A DNA stretch of 64,000 nucleotides, taken from an uncultured Saprospiraceae bacterium (GTDB lineage Bacteria; Bacteroidota; Bacteroidia; Chitinophagales; Saprospiraceae). Each line of letters opens with the position of its first letter. The first letter of the stretch is position 1. The stretch spans positions 3,936 to 67,935 of the forward strand of contig CALJOK010000024.1 of assembly GCA_937981555.1 (NCBI GenBank). The letters run 5' to 3'. The position numbers and the translations under genes were made by a program. Below, in pieces: positions 11,101-18,853 of the stretch. The notes beneath the pieces were generated by a model. That model made no database searches, had not been told where the DNA came from, and saw only the letters and a list, made by a program, of their open reading frames with translations.

Positions 11101-12320
11101 TGTTGTAAACTAATTGCATGATAATATTCATCTCTTGCGGATACTACATTTGGAGAACAAACTCCCCCATAACTAATAATCGTAGAACCACTCCCCGTTT
11201 CCATAGCCGTTGAACTATTACGATTACAATCATTATTTTGGGTATGATGTCCACCAAATTGATGTCCTAACTCATGCATAATAGTTGTGAAAAAATAATT
11301 ACCCAAAGGCTGAGTCGTTCCCGAAATACCTCTTGCTTTACTTGATCCACAAATTGAACTTAAAGAAGCAACGCCTCCAACATTTGCCAGACTAAAAGCA
11401 TGTCCAATATCATAATTACTTTGCCCTATTACCCCATTACAAGTAGTGGTATTTTCTCCTAACATGGCATATTTATCAAAATTAGAGTAAGGATCTGTTG
11501 CTCCATCTAAGAACACTAATTGATCATTATTGGAAACAAATATTAGCGTAACCGAAACCTCTCTTTCCAATATTCCATTTGCTCTAGTCAAAATTGTAGT
11601 TAATGCTGACATCGTACTATCTACCGTTCCACCATGATACTGACTAAACTCTCCCGTACAGGCCAATGCCATTCGAAAGGACCGAAAGGAACAATCTCCT
11701 TGAAAATTTTCGGGAGCTGTATTCATATCTATCTTCGACAAATCTTCCATTTCCTCTACCCCACAATCGAAAACAAAACTATCATCTGGAGCAATATCTT
11801 TTTTAGCATAAACTAAATAATTATCCTGATCACCCTTTGCATATGGATCGATATAAACTGACCCATATTTTGTCGAAAAGATCAATGCATGAAAACCAAA
11901 CAGCGTTACATCAAAACGCACCGTAGCAGTTGGATCATTAATCCCAACTCCACTATATGAATGTATGCCAGGATAACGTGCTGCTAAATCATCAGGCATC
12001 ACATGGGCATCAAAAATTTTAAATTGTTCAAATGAACCATCAGGCATTGGCAATGCTATTAAAATATTCTTTGTCTTAGCATTGATCGAAAATCGTTCTG
12101 GTGCAGTTGCTAATACAGCTTGCAACTTATCTAGTTCCAAAGAATAAGTAAGATATTTCAAAGGAATAATTTCCCGATCAGGACTTGATTTTAGCAAAAC
12201 AGATTCATCCATTTCATTCCAAAAGTTATTCCTTTGAGCAGTCAGCAATGAAGTGGAAAAAATTATTGTTGAAAAAATAAATAGAATAATCCATTTGGAG
12301 TTAAAGCGTTTAGAAGTCAT
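5154..12320 (-). CDS. Giant secreted multidomain protein: reprolysin-like zinc metalloprotease, P-domain-like and FN3-like modules, about 16 SprB-type repeats and a T9SS C-terminal sorting domain
   Basis: 2388 aa with an N-terminal signal peptide (IILFIFSTIIFSTSLLTAQ) and zinc motif HELGHQFGGHH. A HTYIGDLDIYF segment is proprotein-convertase P-domain-like. Repeats follow the pattern NDITCHNFNDGTI..GG.PPFQYSLDG. The tail is LYPNPNQGKMILSF...GTYYLLLTDG. Confidence 0.9.
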   Translation of the reverse strand: MTSKRFNSKWIILFIFSTIIFSTSLLTAQRNNFWNEMDESVLLKSSPDREIIPLKYLTYSLELDKLQAVLATAPERFSINAKTKNILIALPMPDGSFEQFKIFDAHVMPDDLAARYPGIHSYSGVGINDPTATVRFDVTLFGFHALIFSTKYGSVYIDPYAKGDQDNYLVYAKKDIAPDDSFVFDCGVEEMEDLSKIDMNTAPENFQGDCSFRSFRMALACTGEFSQYHGGTVDSTMSALTTILTRANGILEREVSVTLIFVSNNDQLVFLDGATDPYSNFDKYAMLGENTTTCNGVIGQSNYDIGHAFSLANVGGVASLSSICGSSKARGISGTTQPLGNYFFTTIMHELGHQFGGHHTQNNDCNRNSSTAMETGSGSTIISYGGVCSPNVVSARDEYYHAISLQQMGSTITNSCGTIVSTNNNPPIVDAGSDRWLPISTPFQLTSTASDPDGDPLTYCWEQMDNTPAVAPPISTSTVGPAFRSFPPTDNPTRYFPRLFDLIGDYGYFWEELPSVERSMKFRVTVRDNNIGYGCTAEDDLNLNFVENIGPFVVTYPSDYTFWMVNETKTITWDVANTNFTPVNCGSVNILLSTDGGWTYPTVLATGVGNSGSADIVVPDLVGHLNRVKVEAANNIFYDISNVDFSIVKPYFSISSDLIYQDVCGASGSVNYDLNLESFIGFDEMVSLSVTGLPPNASADFTPNNITPPGTTQLNISGLENSPGGGYPLTIVGTALTNSDTLGVYLIVDDSIPDVIQLWFPEDEKINVEQSTYLTWAYSSDAASYIYELATNPGFGGAIIETNEMFVNSIFLENLNPLTVYYWRVKAENPCGEGEYSDIFSFQTNSLFCSTYDSPNVPLNIDPLSVNTIVSELPISEGFEIAEIKLNVDVSHTYIGDLDIYFRSVDIGGPGIPLLDRPGVPNTFYGCPEDNLKIQFDDNGLRTSQQLENTCSSSGMYAIEGVFQPIEPLSTFVGENSNQVWELSITDWFNLDGGVLNSWSLELCEDIPAGQVALQNNQTLLLLNGATKTINNTHLSANSNSNNSDQIIFMVLENTQYGNLQLNGMTLGMGATFTQQDIENGAVAYSHFNLNQEVDEFEFSIETADGGWSTSHPFNIEITLNDLSASAVLENDIDCHNQNNGKIVVTADGSFSPFQYSLDGMTFQNSPVFDNLSEGTYVITVMDNFGFTAQTNSIIITNPPILLVTATVSNSDLTASGSGGTGSLEYSLDGVNFQSSPEFLGLSNGIYEVTVRDANGCTATATAQILVNSLIVQALLVNDITCHNFNDGTIIVTVTGGIPPFQYSLDGMVFQNNNTFTNLSAGSYVVTVLDSDGFTQQSNFVNITNPPVLSLSVTVLEYDLTASGSGGTGSLEYSLDGMNFQSNPEFLGLSNGNYEVTVRDANGCTTTATAQIAVNSLVVQASLENDITCHNFNDGTIIVAVTGGTPPFQYSLDGMVFQNNNTFTNLSAGSYVITVLDSEGFTQETNSVDVTNPPALSLSVTVSEYDLTASGSGGTGSLEYSLDGMNFQSSPEFLNLTNGNYEITVRDANGCTAMTTAQIAVDSLVVQASLGNDITCHDFNDGTITVAVSGGTPPLQYSLDGIVFQNNNTFTNLSAGSYLITVLDSEGFTQQTNSVDVTNPAVLSLSATVSDSDLTASGSGGTGSLEYSLDGMNFQSSPEFLGLSNGTYEVTVRDANGCTTTATAQIAVNSLVVQASLENDITCHNFNDGTIIVAVTGGTPPFQYSLDGTVFQNNNTFTDLSAGSYMIIVLDSEGFTQQTNSVDVTNPVALSLTATVLEYDLTASGSGGTGILEYSLDGMNFQTSPEFLNLANGNYEVTVRDAIGCTTTTTAQVAVNSLVVLASLGNDITCHDLNDGTIIVAASGGEPPLQYSLDGIVFQNNNTFTDLSAGSYLITVVDSEGLTQQTNSVDVTNPTALSLSTTISDADLTISGSGGTGILEYSLDGVNFQSSPEFLGLANGTYEITVRDANGCMAITTAQVAVNSLVVQAFLDNEVSCFDGNDGQIIVTASGGTAPIEYSLDGVNFQDSNTFLNLSAGSYTVTVKDADGFIQLTNSIVFSNPDAIIVSTTVDENNVTIIASGGTGDLEYSLDGINFQSSNIFPSLSNGSYNFTVKDENGCLETTVLEINLIINATTSINDVSCFGFSDGSISITQVEGGTPTYQYSLDGVIFQVENFFDGLAPNDYQVWIMDATGDVFQTILISIVEPMELIISTMVNENNITINGSGGIGDFTYSINGVDFQTANLFEDLPNEEYTVWVMDENGCLDSTTILIDFTSTNELDFSLKFDLYPNPNQGKMILSFQQPTQENLNIKIFDVSGKLVLDNDLRKEHNSFMMNIDVEYLSSGTYYLLLTDGYLLGRKRFIKMNR
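5450..8960 (-). repeat. In-frame tandem repeat array (period about 438 bp = 146 aa, two alternating ~73-aa SprB-type modules)
   Basis: The landmark string GAAC.ACTAATGAATT.ACCGCAA.TTGCGCGGT recurs near 6300, 6741, 7187, 7621, 8060 and 8500. The central six units are nearly identical at DNA level and the flanking units are more diverged. Confidence 0.85.
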
Positions 12321-12758
12321 ATTCTTTGTTTAAAAAAAATAAGTATTTATTAATTATTATTAGCTCGGGATTGAATTGTTAAAGTATGAAATTTAATTTA
12401 CAAAATCTAAGTGCTGACTCATAATTATTAGTAATTTTTTAACGTGGAGAAGATTCGAAAAAACGAGAAGAAAGAAGGGGAAAAGCAGGGTGTAAAATGA
12501 ACCGACTGAAGAAGTGCAAAGATTGAATTACCAAAAACATCCATTCCCTTATCTAGTTCCTTCTTCACAATGCTTAGCATCAACTTGAGTTTCCTTAATT
12601 TGAGCATGCTCTTCAATAATAAAGATATGCAAAAACAATTAGCTCCCATCGTCTGGAATAGCGGTGGTTGAAAAGTTATTATTTTTGTTCTCAGGGGATG
12701 GTGATTATTTTTTTTAAATTTGGTTACTAGGTTTGAATATTAAGATCATCCAAACAAA

Positions 12759-13926
12759 ATGAAACTCCTTAGAAAACTCGTCTTTATCTTTTTTGTAATT
12801 GTATTGTTAGCTAGTGCTATCCTCCTTTTTTATGTCCAATCATTAAAGCCTGAATTGGCTTCTCCTAGCGAAACCACTCTCCTATTTCAAGCAGAACGAA
12901 TGAGCGATCAACCGATCATTCATGTTGATCTTCATCCACGATTAAAACAAGAAGCGGAGAAAGAAGGCTACATTAATATCAATGGCCCAAATTTAATTCG
13001 AGTGCCCGATTGGGTAGAAAATTCTTTAGAGAAATACTATTTATACTTTGCCCATCACAAAGGTTCTTATATCAAAATGGCATATACAGATAGTCTTGGA
13101 GGAGATTGGAAAATGTACGATGAAGAAATTTTACCTTTAGAAAGATCTGGTTTAGTAACTGTCGCTGGAAAAAATTCTAACTTAAATACTTTACGAAAAT
13201 ATAATTCTTGTTCGGAATCAATTGCCCTAATTGAGATAGGAAAAGCGACTCAAAAATCTTTTGAAAAAGGAAAAAAAGAAAGTGGCAAAAGTTCTGCCCC
13301 TACTACTCCTCATCTCGCAAGTCCTGAAGTTGTCATCAACAAAACAGATTCATTTATACTATCATGGCGTGGTTGATAGCAGTTTACAAAAATCCAAAGT
13401 TGCCCTATCAAAAGATGAGATAAATTTTGACGCTCAACCAGAAATTATTAGCTTACCTTATCTAAGGGTTTTTCCTTTTAGAAATGAATTTTATGGAATG
13501 GCAATGCCTGGTTTTTTATCTCGATCAAAAGACGGAATCTCAAATTTTGAAGTTAGAAAAAAATGGTTATTCAATACTAACATCAGACATGTAAGATGAC
13601 ACTTAAAAGAAAATGATTTGTATATTTTTTATACTCAAGTTGGTGATCTACCTGAGCAAATTTTATACACTAAAATTGACCTGATATTTACCGTTTGGAA
13701 TGACTAAAAAGTAGAATCTGCAAGAGTATTCTTACGACCTGAGTTGGAATGAGAAGGAGAGGAAAGGGAATTACCAACAGAGATTTCCATGCGCGGATAA
13801 GCTGGAACACCAGTTAATCAATTTCGAGACCCAGATGTTTTTGAAGATAAAAATGGAGATTTATATCTTTTATATACAGGTGCGTGGGAACAGGGAATTG
13901 GGATAACGAGATTACTGCTGGAGTAA
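12759..13926 (+). pseudogene. Decayed gene for a membrane-anchored/secreted protein of unrecognised family (one frameshift plus four in-frame stops)
   Basis: The reading frame switches near the A-run at about 13340-13350 (ORF 12759-13376 to ORF 13261-13599). The same frame then continues through TGA 13597, TAA 13705, TGA 13750 and TAA 13798 to TAA 13924, giving protein-like sequence (DPDVFEDKNGDLYLLYTGAWEQGIG). Confidence 0.75.
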
Positions 13927-14059
13927 TTTTTTTTGCCGCAGATCCTTATGATTTGTTATGATTTCCTCTTAAGGTGAATTTCAATTCTACCCAATAATTT
14001 AAGAAGATCTTATAAAACCATAAGAATCAAAGTACTCTGCGGATAAACAATACAACTAT

Positions 14060-14070
14060 TTGATAATCAA
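14060..14070. promoter_or_regulatory. Perfect 11-bp palindrome TTGATAATCAA, candidate operator
   Basis: Read directly; lies 33 bp upstream of the ATG at 14103. Confidence 0.5.
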
Positions 14071-14102
14071 CTATTTAGAAACAACAATAAACAACTTACA
14101 TC

Positions 14103-15764
14103 ATGGAGAAATTCGATTTCAGATTTTATAAATGGGAAAAAGAATTAGCAAACAAACCATTTTTACGCCAGCCGATTGGAGATACTTGGCAAGAATATAC
14201 TTGGGGAGAAGTTGGTCAGATGGCTAGAAAATTAGCAACAGGATTACAATCATTAGGACTTCAACCAAAAGCTCATATCGGACTCGTTTCCAAAAATTGT
14301 AGTGAGTGGATTATTGCAGATATTGCCATCATGATGGCAGGATTTGTATCTGTTCCTTTCTTCCCTACCTTGACTTCAAAACAAATAAATCAGGTGCTCA
14401 GATTAGGAGATGTGGATGCTTTATTTGTAGGAAAATTAGAAGTGTGGGACGAAATGAAAAAAGGCGTTCCAGATGACATGCCGATCATTTCTTTTCCTCA
14501 ATATGAAAATCATTCCAAGGTCGAAAGAGGTGAAAAATGGGATGACTTTATCAACCGATTTGAACCGATGCAAGGAACGCCAAGTGGAGCAATGAATGAT
14601 ACTTGGACTATCGTTTTTACCTCTGGAACAACAGGGACGCCAAAAGGGGTAGTTCATGATTATGCCATTTTGGATTCTACTAAAGTTGTCACGGAAGAAA
14701 GTAACCCTTTGGATGTTTCTTTAACTGGTGATAATCGTTTTTTTTCTTATCTACCTCTAAATCATATTGCAGAAAGAATTGTAGTCGAAGCAACTTGCAT
14801 GCGATATGGAGGAACCATTTCTTTTGCAGAATCTTTAGCAACTTTTGGAAAAAATCTATCCGATGTTCAACCAACCATTTTCTTTGCGGTTCCTAGAATT
14901 TGGACAAAATTTCAATTAGGTATTTTATCAAAAATGCCTCAGAAGAAATTAGATACCATGTTGAAAATTCCATTTGTATCTGGAATGGTCAAAAAGAAAA
15001 TCCGAAAAGGTTTAGGTTTAAATGAAGTTCGTGCTTGTGTCTCTGGAGCAGCAATGCTTTCAGAAGGACTCAAACAATGGTTTAAAAAACTAGATATCCA
15101 AATCACTAATGGATATGGAATGACTGAAAATAGTGCGCTTTGTACGACCTTATTTCCATGGGAAGACAAACCTGGTTCAGTTGGAAAAGCACAACCTGGT
15201 GCTTCCCTCAAAATTGATCCTGACACCAATGAAATTATGATGAAAGCACCTTACGTAATGAGAGGTTATTATAAAGATCCTCAAAAGACGGCAGAGGTTT
15301 TGGAAGATGGTTGGCTACGAACTGGTGATCAAGGACGATTAGATGACGAAGGATTTTTATACATCACAGGTCGAGTAAAAGACACTTTTAAAACTGCCAA
15401 AGGAGAATTTATTGTACCAACTCCAATGGAAGGTGTACTCGAACAAAATTCAGATATTGAACAAATTTGTATCGTTGGCCTAGGTTGTCCACAACCAATC
15501 GCAATGGTCGTTCTTTCTGAAATGGGATTGGCAAAATCAAAAGATGATTTGACAAAAAGTCTTGACAAAACTTTATCTGATCTAAATAAAACATTAGAAT
15601 CTTACCAAAAAATTTCCACCATCGTTGTGGTGAAAGATGCATGGAGTGTCGAAAATGGCTGCCTCACTCCTACTCTTAAGGTAAAACGAAATATGGTAAA
15701 TCAACAATACCAAGATCATTTAGAAGCATGGCATGCAGCAGCCGATACTATCGTCTGGGAGTAA
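14103..15764 (+). CDS. AMP-dependent synthetase/ligase (fatty-acid-CoA ligase-like)
   Basis: 553 aa with AMP-binding motifs TSGTTGTPKGV, GYGMTE and WLRTGDQG. Confidence 0.9.
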   Translation: MEKFDFRFYKWEKELANKPFLRQPIGDTWQEYTWGEVGQMARKLATGLQSLGLQPKAHIGLVSKNCSEWIIADIAIMMAGFVSVPFFPTLTSKQINQVLRLGDVDALFVGKLEVWDEMKKGVPDDMPIISFPQYENHSKVERGEKWDDFINRFEPMQGTPSGAMNDTWTIVFTSGTTGTPKGVVHDYAILDSTKVVTEESNPLDVSLTGDNRFFSYLPLNHIAERIVVEATCMRYGGTISFAESLATFGKNLSDVQPTIFFAVPRIWTKFQLGILSKMPQKKLDTMLKIPFVSGMVKKKIRKGLGLNEVRACVSGAAMLSEGLKQWFKKLDIQITNGYGMTENSALCTTLFPWEDKPGSVGKAQPGASLKIDPDTNEIMMKAPYVMRGYYKDPQKTAEVLEDGWLRTGDQGRLDDEGFLYITGRVKDTFKTAKGEFIVPTPMEGVLEQNSDIEQICIVGLGCPQPIAMVVLSEMGLAKSKDDLTKSLDKTLSDLNKTLESYQKISTIVVVKDAWSVENGCLTPTLKVKRNMVNQQYQDHLEAWHAAADTIVWE

Positions 15765-15774
15765 ACACGTGGCA

Positions 15775-15839
15775 GTCTGCTTTAGCAGACATTAAAAAGA
15801 TTAAACAATTTCTTCAATCATGGTCTGCTAAAGCAGACC
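15775..15839. promoter_or_regulatory. Twin palindromes GTCTGCTTTAGCAGAC / GGTCTGCTAAAGCAGACC (candidate operators or alternative hairpins)
   Basis: The palindromes lie at 15775-15790 and 15822-15839. The second contains the exact reverse complement of the first. They sit between the ligase stop (15764) and the hydrolase ATG (15861). Confidence 0.5.
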
Positions 15840-15860
15840 ACTACGTTACAGCTAATTCAC

Positions 15861-16910
15861 ATGATTACATATTTAATACCAATAGGCGCACTCCTCTTTT
15901 TAATTTTAATCATCCGCAATTGGATGGTCAGCTCTGAGCCACGTCTCCCCTCTAACATCAACGAGATGATCCAAGAGGTCATGACTTCCGACCTTCCAGA
16001 ATTCATGCCTGGGAAAAGTGGTTTTGCCCAAAATGGAGATATCAAAATCGCCTACGAAGTTTTAGAAAATGAAAATTGCAAGAATGTAAATGTATTGTTA
16101 GTAAATGGGCATACTCAAACTTTATTGGAGTGGCAACCTTATTTCTATCAACCTCTTTTAGACGCAGGTTACCGAGTCATTCGATATGACAATCGAGGCT
16201 TTGGCCAATCTGACTGGATAAAAAATTGGGGAGAAAATAATAAATATACTTTAAAAGAAATGGCCACAGATGGGGTGGCCGTTTTAGATCATCTAGGAAT
16301 TGAAAAAGCACATATCATAGGTTCTTCCATGGGAGGAATGATTTCTCAGCAGTTAGCAATTAATTTTCCTAATCGGGTTTTGACATTTACTTCGATCATG
16401 TCAACTGGATTTTATTTTGATAAAAATCTTATTGATGTACCAAAACCATTTGCTCTAAAATTAGTGAAGTTAATTTTCCGATATAAAAAAACGATGGATA
16501 AGATTGAAACGAAAATGAAATTTCAATATGGCATCCGACAAATTTTAAAAGGAAAAGGGGATTACAATTTAGATTCCAAAACCATTTTGCAACAATTTTA
16601 TTATGAAATAAAAAACCGAAATGGATATAATGCTAAAGCCAATGACCAGCATGGTTACGCCATTAAAAAATCAGGTTCTAGGTATGATGAATTAATAAAA
16701 TTAAATGTCCCTGCTTTAATTGTTCATGGAACTGACGACACTTTAATTTTAGTTAACCATGCTGAAAAATATGGTCCAATGATCCCAAATTCTACTTCAT
16801 TAATTTTAAAAGGAATGGGTCATGATATTCCTGAAAAATATACCCCTGAAATTTTAAATTCACTTTTCATTCTTTTTGAAAAATCAAACGAAACAAAAAG
16901 TGGTTTATAA
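15861..16910 (+). CDS. Alpha/beta hydrolase with N-terminal membrane anchor
   Basis: 349 aa with a hydrophobic N-terminus, nucleophile elbow GSSMGG, and late VHGTDD and GHD motifs. Confidence 0.85.
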   Translation: MITYLIPIGALLFLILIIRNWMVSSEPRLPSNINEMIQEVMTSDLPEFMPGKSGFAQNGDIKIAYEVLENENCKNVNVLLVNGHTQTLLEWQPYFYQPLLDAGYRVIRYDNRGFGQSDWIKNWGENNKYTLKEMATDGVAVLDHLGIEKAHIIGSSMGGMISQQLAINFPNRVLTFTSIMSTGFYFDKNLIDVPKPFALKLVKLIFRYKKTMDKIETKMKFQYGIRQILKGKGDYNLDSKTILQQFYYEIKNRNGYNAKANDQHGYAIKKSGSRYDELIKLNVPALIVHGTDDTLILVNHAEKYGPMIPNSTSLILKGMGHDIPEKYTPEILNSLFILFEKSNETKSGL

Positions 16911-16964
16911 CAAAAAAGATATGCTAATCTATTTACAAAACCCTAAACAATAACCACTAAAACA

Positions 16965-16975
16965 TTGATAATCAA
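16965..16975. promoter_or_regulatory. Perfect 11-bp palindrome TTGATAATCAA, candidate operator
   Basis: Read directly; lies 43 bp upstream of the ATG at 17018. Confidence 0.5.
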
Positions 16976-17017
16976 TCAATTATAATACTTTTTTAAAATA
17001 AAAAATATCAAAAAAAC

Positions 17018-17767
17018 ATGGGGAAACTCGAAAACAAAGTAGCATTAGTCACAGGTGCAGCAACTGGAATCGGAAGAGCTACTGCAATAGCTTTAGCAAA
17101 AGAAGGAGCAAAAGTAATGGTCACAGACATCAATGAAAAAGAAGGTTTAGAGACCGTCAATCGAATCGAAAAAGACGGAGGAAAAGCAAAATTTTTACAC
17201 TTAGATGTTTCCAAAAAAGAACAAGTAGATGCTGTAGTGATGGAGATCTTCACGACCGAAGGTTCGCTAGATTTAGCGGTCAATAATGCTGGAATCGGAG
17301 GAGTCCCAAATGCTCTTCACGAAGTTAAATTTGAAAATTGGGAAAAAATGATGAATATCAATTTGACTGGTGTTTTCCTTTGCCTGCAAGCAGAAATAAA
17401 ATGTATGTTGCAAAAAGGCGGTGGTCGAATTGTCAATGTTGCCTCTCTAGCAGGATTGAATGGAATGCCGGGCGGCAGTTCTTATTCAGCAGCCAAACAT
17501 GGTGTAATTGGTTTGACAAAATCCGTTGCGGTTGAATATGGAAAATTAAATATTAGGACAAATGCCGTTTGCCCTGGATTTATCCAAACGCCAATTTTAG
17601 ATGGAGTTCCACAGAGTATGCTTGACAATAGTACCAACACTCGAGTACCTATGAAAAGAATTGGTCAACCTGAAGAGGTCGCTAAAGCAATTGTCTGGCT
17701 ACTCAGCGAAGACTCAACTTATGTAAATGGTCATCCCCTATTAATCGATGGTGGATTTATGGCATAA
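17018..17767 (+). CDS. Short-chain dehydrogenase/reductase (SDR), 3-oxoacyl reductase-like
   Basis: 249 aa with TGAATGIG cofactor motif, NNAG, and catalytic YSAAK. Confidence 0.9.
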   Translation: MGKLENKVALVTGAATGIGRATAIALAKEGAKVMVTDINEKEGLETVNRIEKDGGKAKFLHLDVSKKEQVDAVVMEIFTTEGSLDLAVNNAGIGGVPNALHEVKFENWEKMMNINLTGVFLCLQAEIKCMLQKGGGRIVNVASLAGLNGMPGGSSYSAAKHGVIGLTKSVAVEYGKLNIRTNAVCPGFIQTPILDGVPQSMLDNSTNTRVPMKRIGQPEEVAKAIVWLLSEDSTYVNGHPLLIDGGFMA

Positions 17768-17850
17768 ACTTTTTAGCTGTTTTTTTTGTAAAAGCAATGT
17801 TATTAAAACAGTATATCTTCCAATAAAAAAATTAATTCTAAGTTTAGAAT

Positions 17851-18708
17851 ATGAAAAAATTAATCTTATCCGCTGCCTTAACTGGGGCAGCAACTACTCG
17901 AAAACAATGTGAAGCAATTCCATATACTCCCAAAGAAATTGCGGAAGAAGGAAGAAGAGCGGTGGAAGCTGGCGCAAGTATTTTACACATCCACGCTCGA
18001 GAAGACAATGGTGTTCCAAGTTGGCGTTTGGAAGTTTTCCAAGCGATCAAAGAAGAAGTACGTAATCTTTGTCCTAATGTAATTATCAACTTTTCGACTG
18101 GTGCAGTTGGTTTGTCAAAAGAAGAAAGAATGAATCATATTATTCCGACTGCTCCCGATATGGCAGCATTCAATATGGGTAGTATGAATTATGCGATTTA
18201 CTCTAAGCGTTCCAAGCAATTTCATTTTGAAGGTGTCTTTGAAAACTCATTCAGCACGATGGAATATGTGGTGGACGTTATGAATCAAGCTGGTACTATT
18301 CCAGAAATGGAATGTTTTGACACCGGCCATATCCGTAATGTGGAACCTCTTCGAGACAAAGGATTAATTCCTGACAATGCCGTTTATTCACTCGTGATGG
18401 GTGTACTTGGCGGAATTCCTGCAACGACTGAAAACCTAATTCATCAAATCAAACAAGTTCCTGAAGGTGCTCATTGGCAGACTATCGCCATCAGTCGTAA
18501 GCAATGGCAATTAGCTGCAGTTGCTTGTACGATGGGTGGAAGTTTTAGAGTTGGTTTGGAAGATAATTTTTATTTACCGAATGGAGAAATGGCAAAGTCG
18601 AATGGAGAATGTGTCGAATGGGGAGTAAAATTAGCAAGAATGATGGGAAGGGAAATTGCAACGATTGATGAGGCGAGAACTATGTTAAAAATTCCATTGA
18701 CAGATTAA
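17851..18708 (+). CDS. Beta-keto acid cleavage enzyme (BKACE / DUF849, 3-keto-5-aminohexanoate cleavage enzyme-like)
   Basis: 285 aa. The N-terminus LILSAALTGAATTR...PYTPKEIAEE...AGASILHIHAREDNG closely follows the Kce-type pattern as I recall it. Confidence 0.85.
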   Translation: MKKLILSAALTGAATTRKQCEAIPYTPKEIAEEGRRAVEAGASILHIHAREDNGVPSWRLEVFQAIKEEVRNLCPNVIINFSTGAVGLSKEERMNHIIPTAPDMAAFNMGSMNYAIYSKRSKQFHFEGVFENSFSTMEYVVDVMNQAGTIPEMECFDTGHIRNVEPLRDKGLIPDNAVYSLVMGVLGGIPATTENLIHQIKQVPEGAHWQTIAISRKQWQLAAVACTMGGSFRVGLEDNFYLPNGEMAKSNGECVEWGVKLARMMGREIATIDEARTMLKIPLTD

Positions 18709-18715
18709 TTTGAAG

Positions 18716-18832
18716 AAACACGGATACCACGGATTGAAACTGATTTGACGATTAGTGAGTTAAAGATTTTATTCTAATTATATCGTAATCGTCAAATCCG
18801 CTAAAATTCGCGCAATCCGCAACATCCGTGTT
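18716..18832. repeat. 117-nt long imperfect palindrome with CGGAT/ATCCG sub-repeats
   Basis: AACACGGAT 18717-18725 pairs with ATCCGTGTT 18823-18831. GATTTGACGATTA 18742-18754 pairs with TAATCGTCAAATC 18786-18798 (13 bp). ACGGAT occurs twice on the left and ATCCG three times on the right. Confidence 0.6.
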
Positions 18833-18853
18833 CCATCACACAAAAACAAAAAA

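Noticed and set aside
12428-12649. 73-aa minus-strand ORF in the divergent promoter region
   Set aside because: It has no motif, a hydrophobic low-complexity translation, and sits in the spacer between two divergently oriented genes.
13597-13800. In-frame TGA/TAA codons might indicate stop-codon reassignment or programmed readthrough
   Set aside because: Both TGA and TAA terminate clearly delimited genes elsewhere in the window, and all other long ORFs are uninterrupted. The same gene also carries a frameshift. Pseudogene decay is the simpler reading.
13934-14042. Possible long palindrome in the spacer before the ligase gene (CCGCAGA / TCTGCGG plus CTTATGA-like arms)
   Set aside because: Only 7 bp pair perfectly, and the remaining arms need several mismatches and an insertion. 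It is too weak to report as a structure.
14060-14070. TTGATAATCAA as an FNR/CRP-family box
   Set aside because: The FNR consensus is TTGAT-N4-ATCAA. Here the half-sites are separated by a single base, so the geometry does not fit that family. It is kept only as an unassigned palindrome.
14436-15642. Minus-strand ORFs 14436-14657, 14689-14874, 14939-15229, 15329-15568 and 15409-15642
   Set aside because: All are antisense inside the AMP-ligase CDS, which has clear family motifs. They are shadow ORFs.
15728-16045. ORFs 15728-15937 (+) and 15857-16045 (-)
   Set aside because: They overlap the ligase 3-prime end, the twin-palindrome spacer and the hydrolase 5-prime end in other frames. The hydrolase frame has the family motifs.
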